Assembly: GCF_018350175.1 (NCBI RefSeq) | Contig: NC_058368.1 | Span: 28,646,001 to 28,710,000, forward strand | Source: Felis catus | Taxonomy: Eukaryota | DNA: 64,000 bases | Direction of reading: 5' to 3' | Position numbers and translations under genes: made by a program | Notes under the pieces: model-generated | What the model was told of the DNA's origin: nothing | Database searches by the model: none | Seen by the model: the letters and a program-made list of their open reading frames with translations, nothing else | Part shown: positions 63,461 through 64,000 of the stretch, one piece after another | Position numbering within the stretch: the first letter of the stretch is position 1 | How the letters are laid out: each line of letters begins with the position of its first letter

Positions 63461-64000
63461 AGTCTGCTAAATCCCAGGGTTGTCATGAGATCCTGTATGA
63501 AAAGTCATTTGTATTTTTATCTGGCATATGAAATGAATGCACTAAATTATAACCATTATTATTACTGTTTATTGGGTAAAGAAAAATAAGGGAAAGGAAA
63601 AAGTCTTCTTGAAGATATGGCATTGACTGCAAGGCCAGCCACACGATTCAGAAGCTGCTTATACATATTAAGAAAATTATGTAGAATTGGAATGTGATGA
63701 TGAGAGCCTTAGATATTCTGACATCTAACATCTCAGTCTACAGGTAGAACTTAATCACTCTTGACTTGCCTCCCTAACAATGTCATCTTTCAGAAAATAG
63801 GGGAAACTAAGGGGAACTCTTCCTCTGGGCTTACTTGTGACTAAATAGAAATAATGCATTTGTGGCATGCAAGCAACAGAAACCCTGGAAAAAAAAAACC
63901 CACACATGTCAACCCAGGCACAGTATTTCTCAACAAGGGTGCCATTAACATACTGGGCAGATGGGACTGTCTTGGACATCATATGTAGGATCACTAAATG

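Larger units (their letters stand above)
39650..64000 (+). other. VWA8: VWA8 intron 2 (partial, continues beyond window)
   Basis: Donor at 39650. The expected next peptide (roughly ISDSLAQSVVQHLRWIMQK, from memory) was not seen downstream. Confidence 0.8.

Overview
Mammalian genomic DNA from a cat-family carnivore (abundant felid-type tRNA-derived CanSINEs and felid/carnivore L1s). It contains the 5' end of VWA8 on the + strand: a CpG-island promoter (~19.7-20.4 kb), coding exon 1 (20064-20226, N-terminal targeting peptide) and coding exon 2 (39572-39649). I did not find exon 3, so intron 2 appears to run off the end. The first ~19 kb is repeat-rich upstream sequence. Intron 1 carries a ~6.25 kb full-length but disabled antisense L1. 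The rest is mostly SINEs, old L1/L2/MIR, ERVL/MaLR LTRs and hAT MITEs, and nearly all ORFs in the track are repeat-derived or chance. I see no evidence for a novel multi-gene system. The most unusual signals are small-scale: three templated-insertion scars resembling polymerase-theta repair (in the L1 endonuclease region, in a second L1, and in unique intron 1), two sites hit repeatedly by retrotransposons, and an ORF0-like antisense ORF with splice donors in the L1 5'UTR facing VWA8 exon 2. Repeat family names come from recalled consensus similarity, not a database search, and boundaries of old repeats are approximate.
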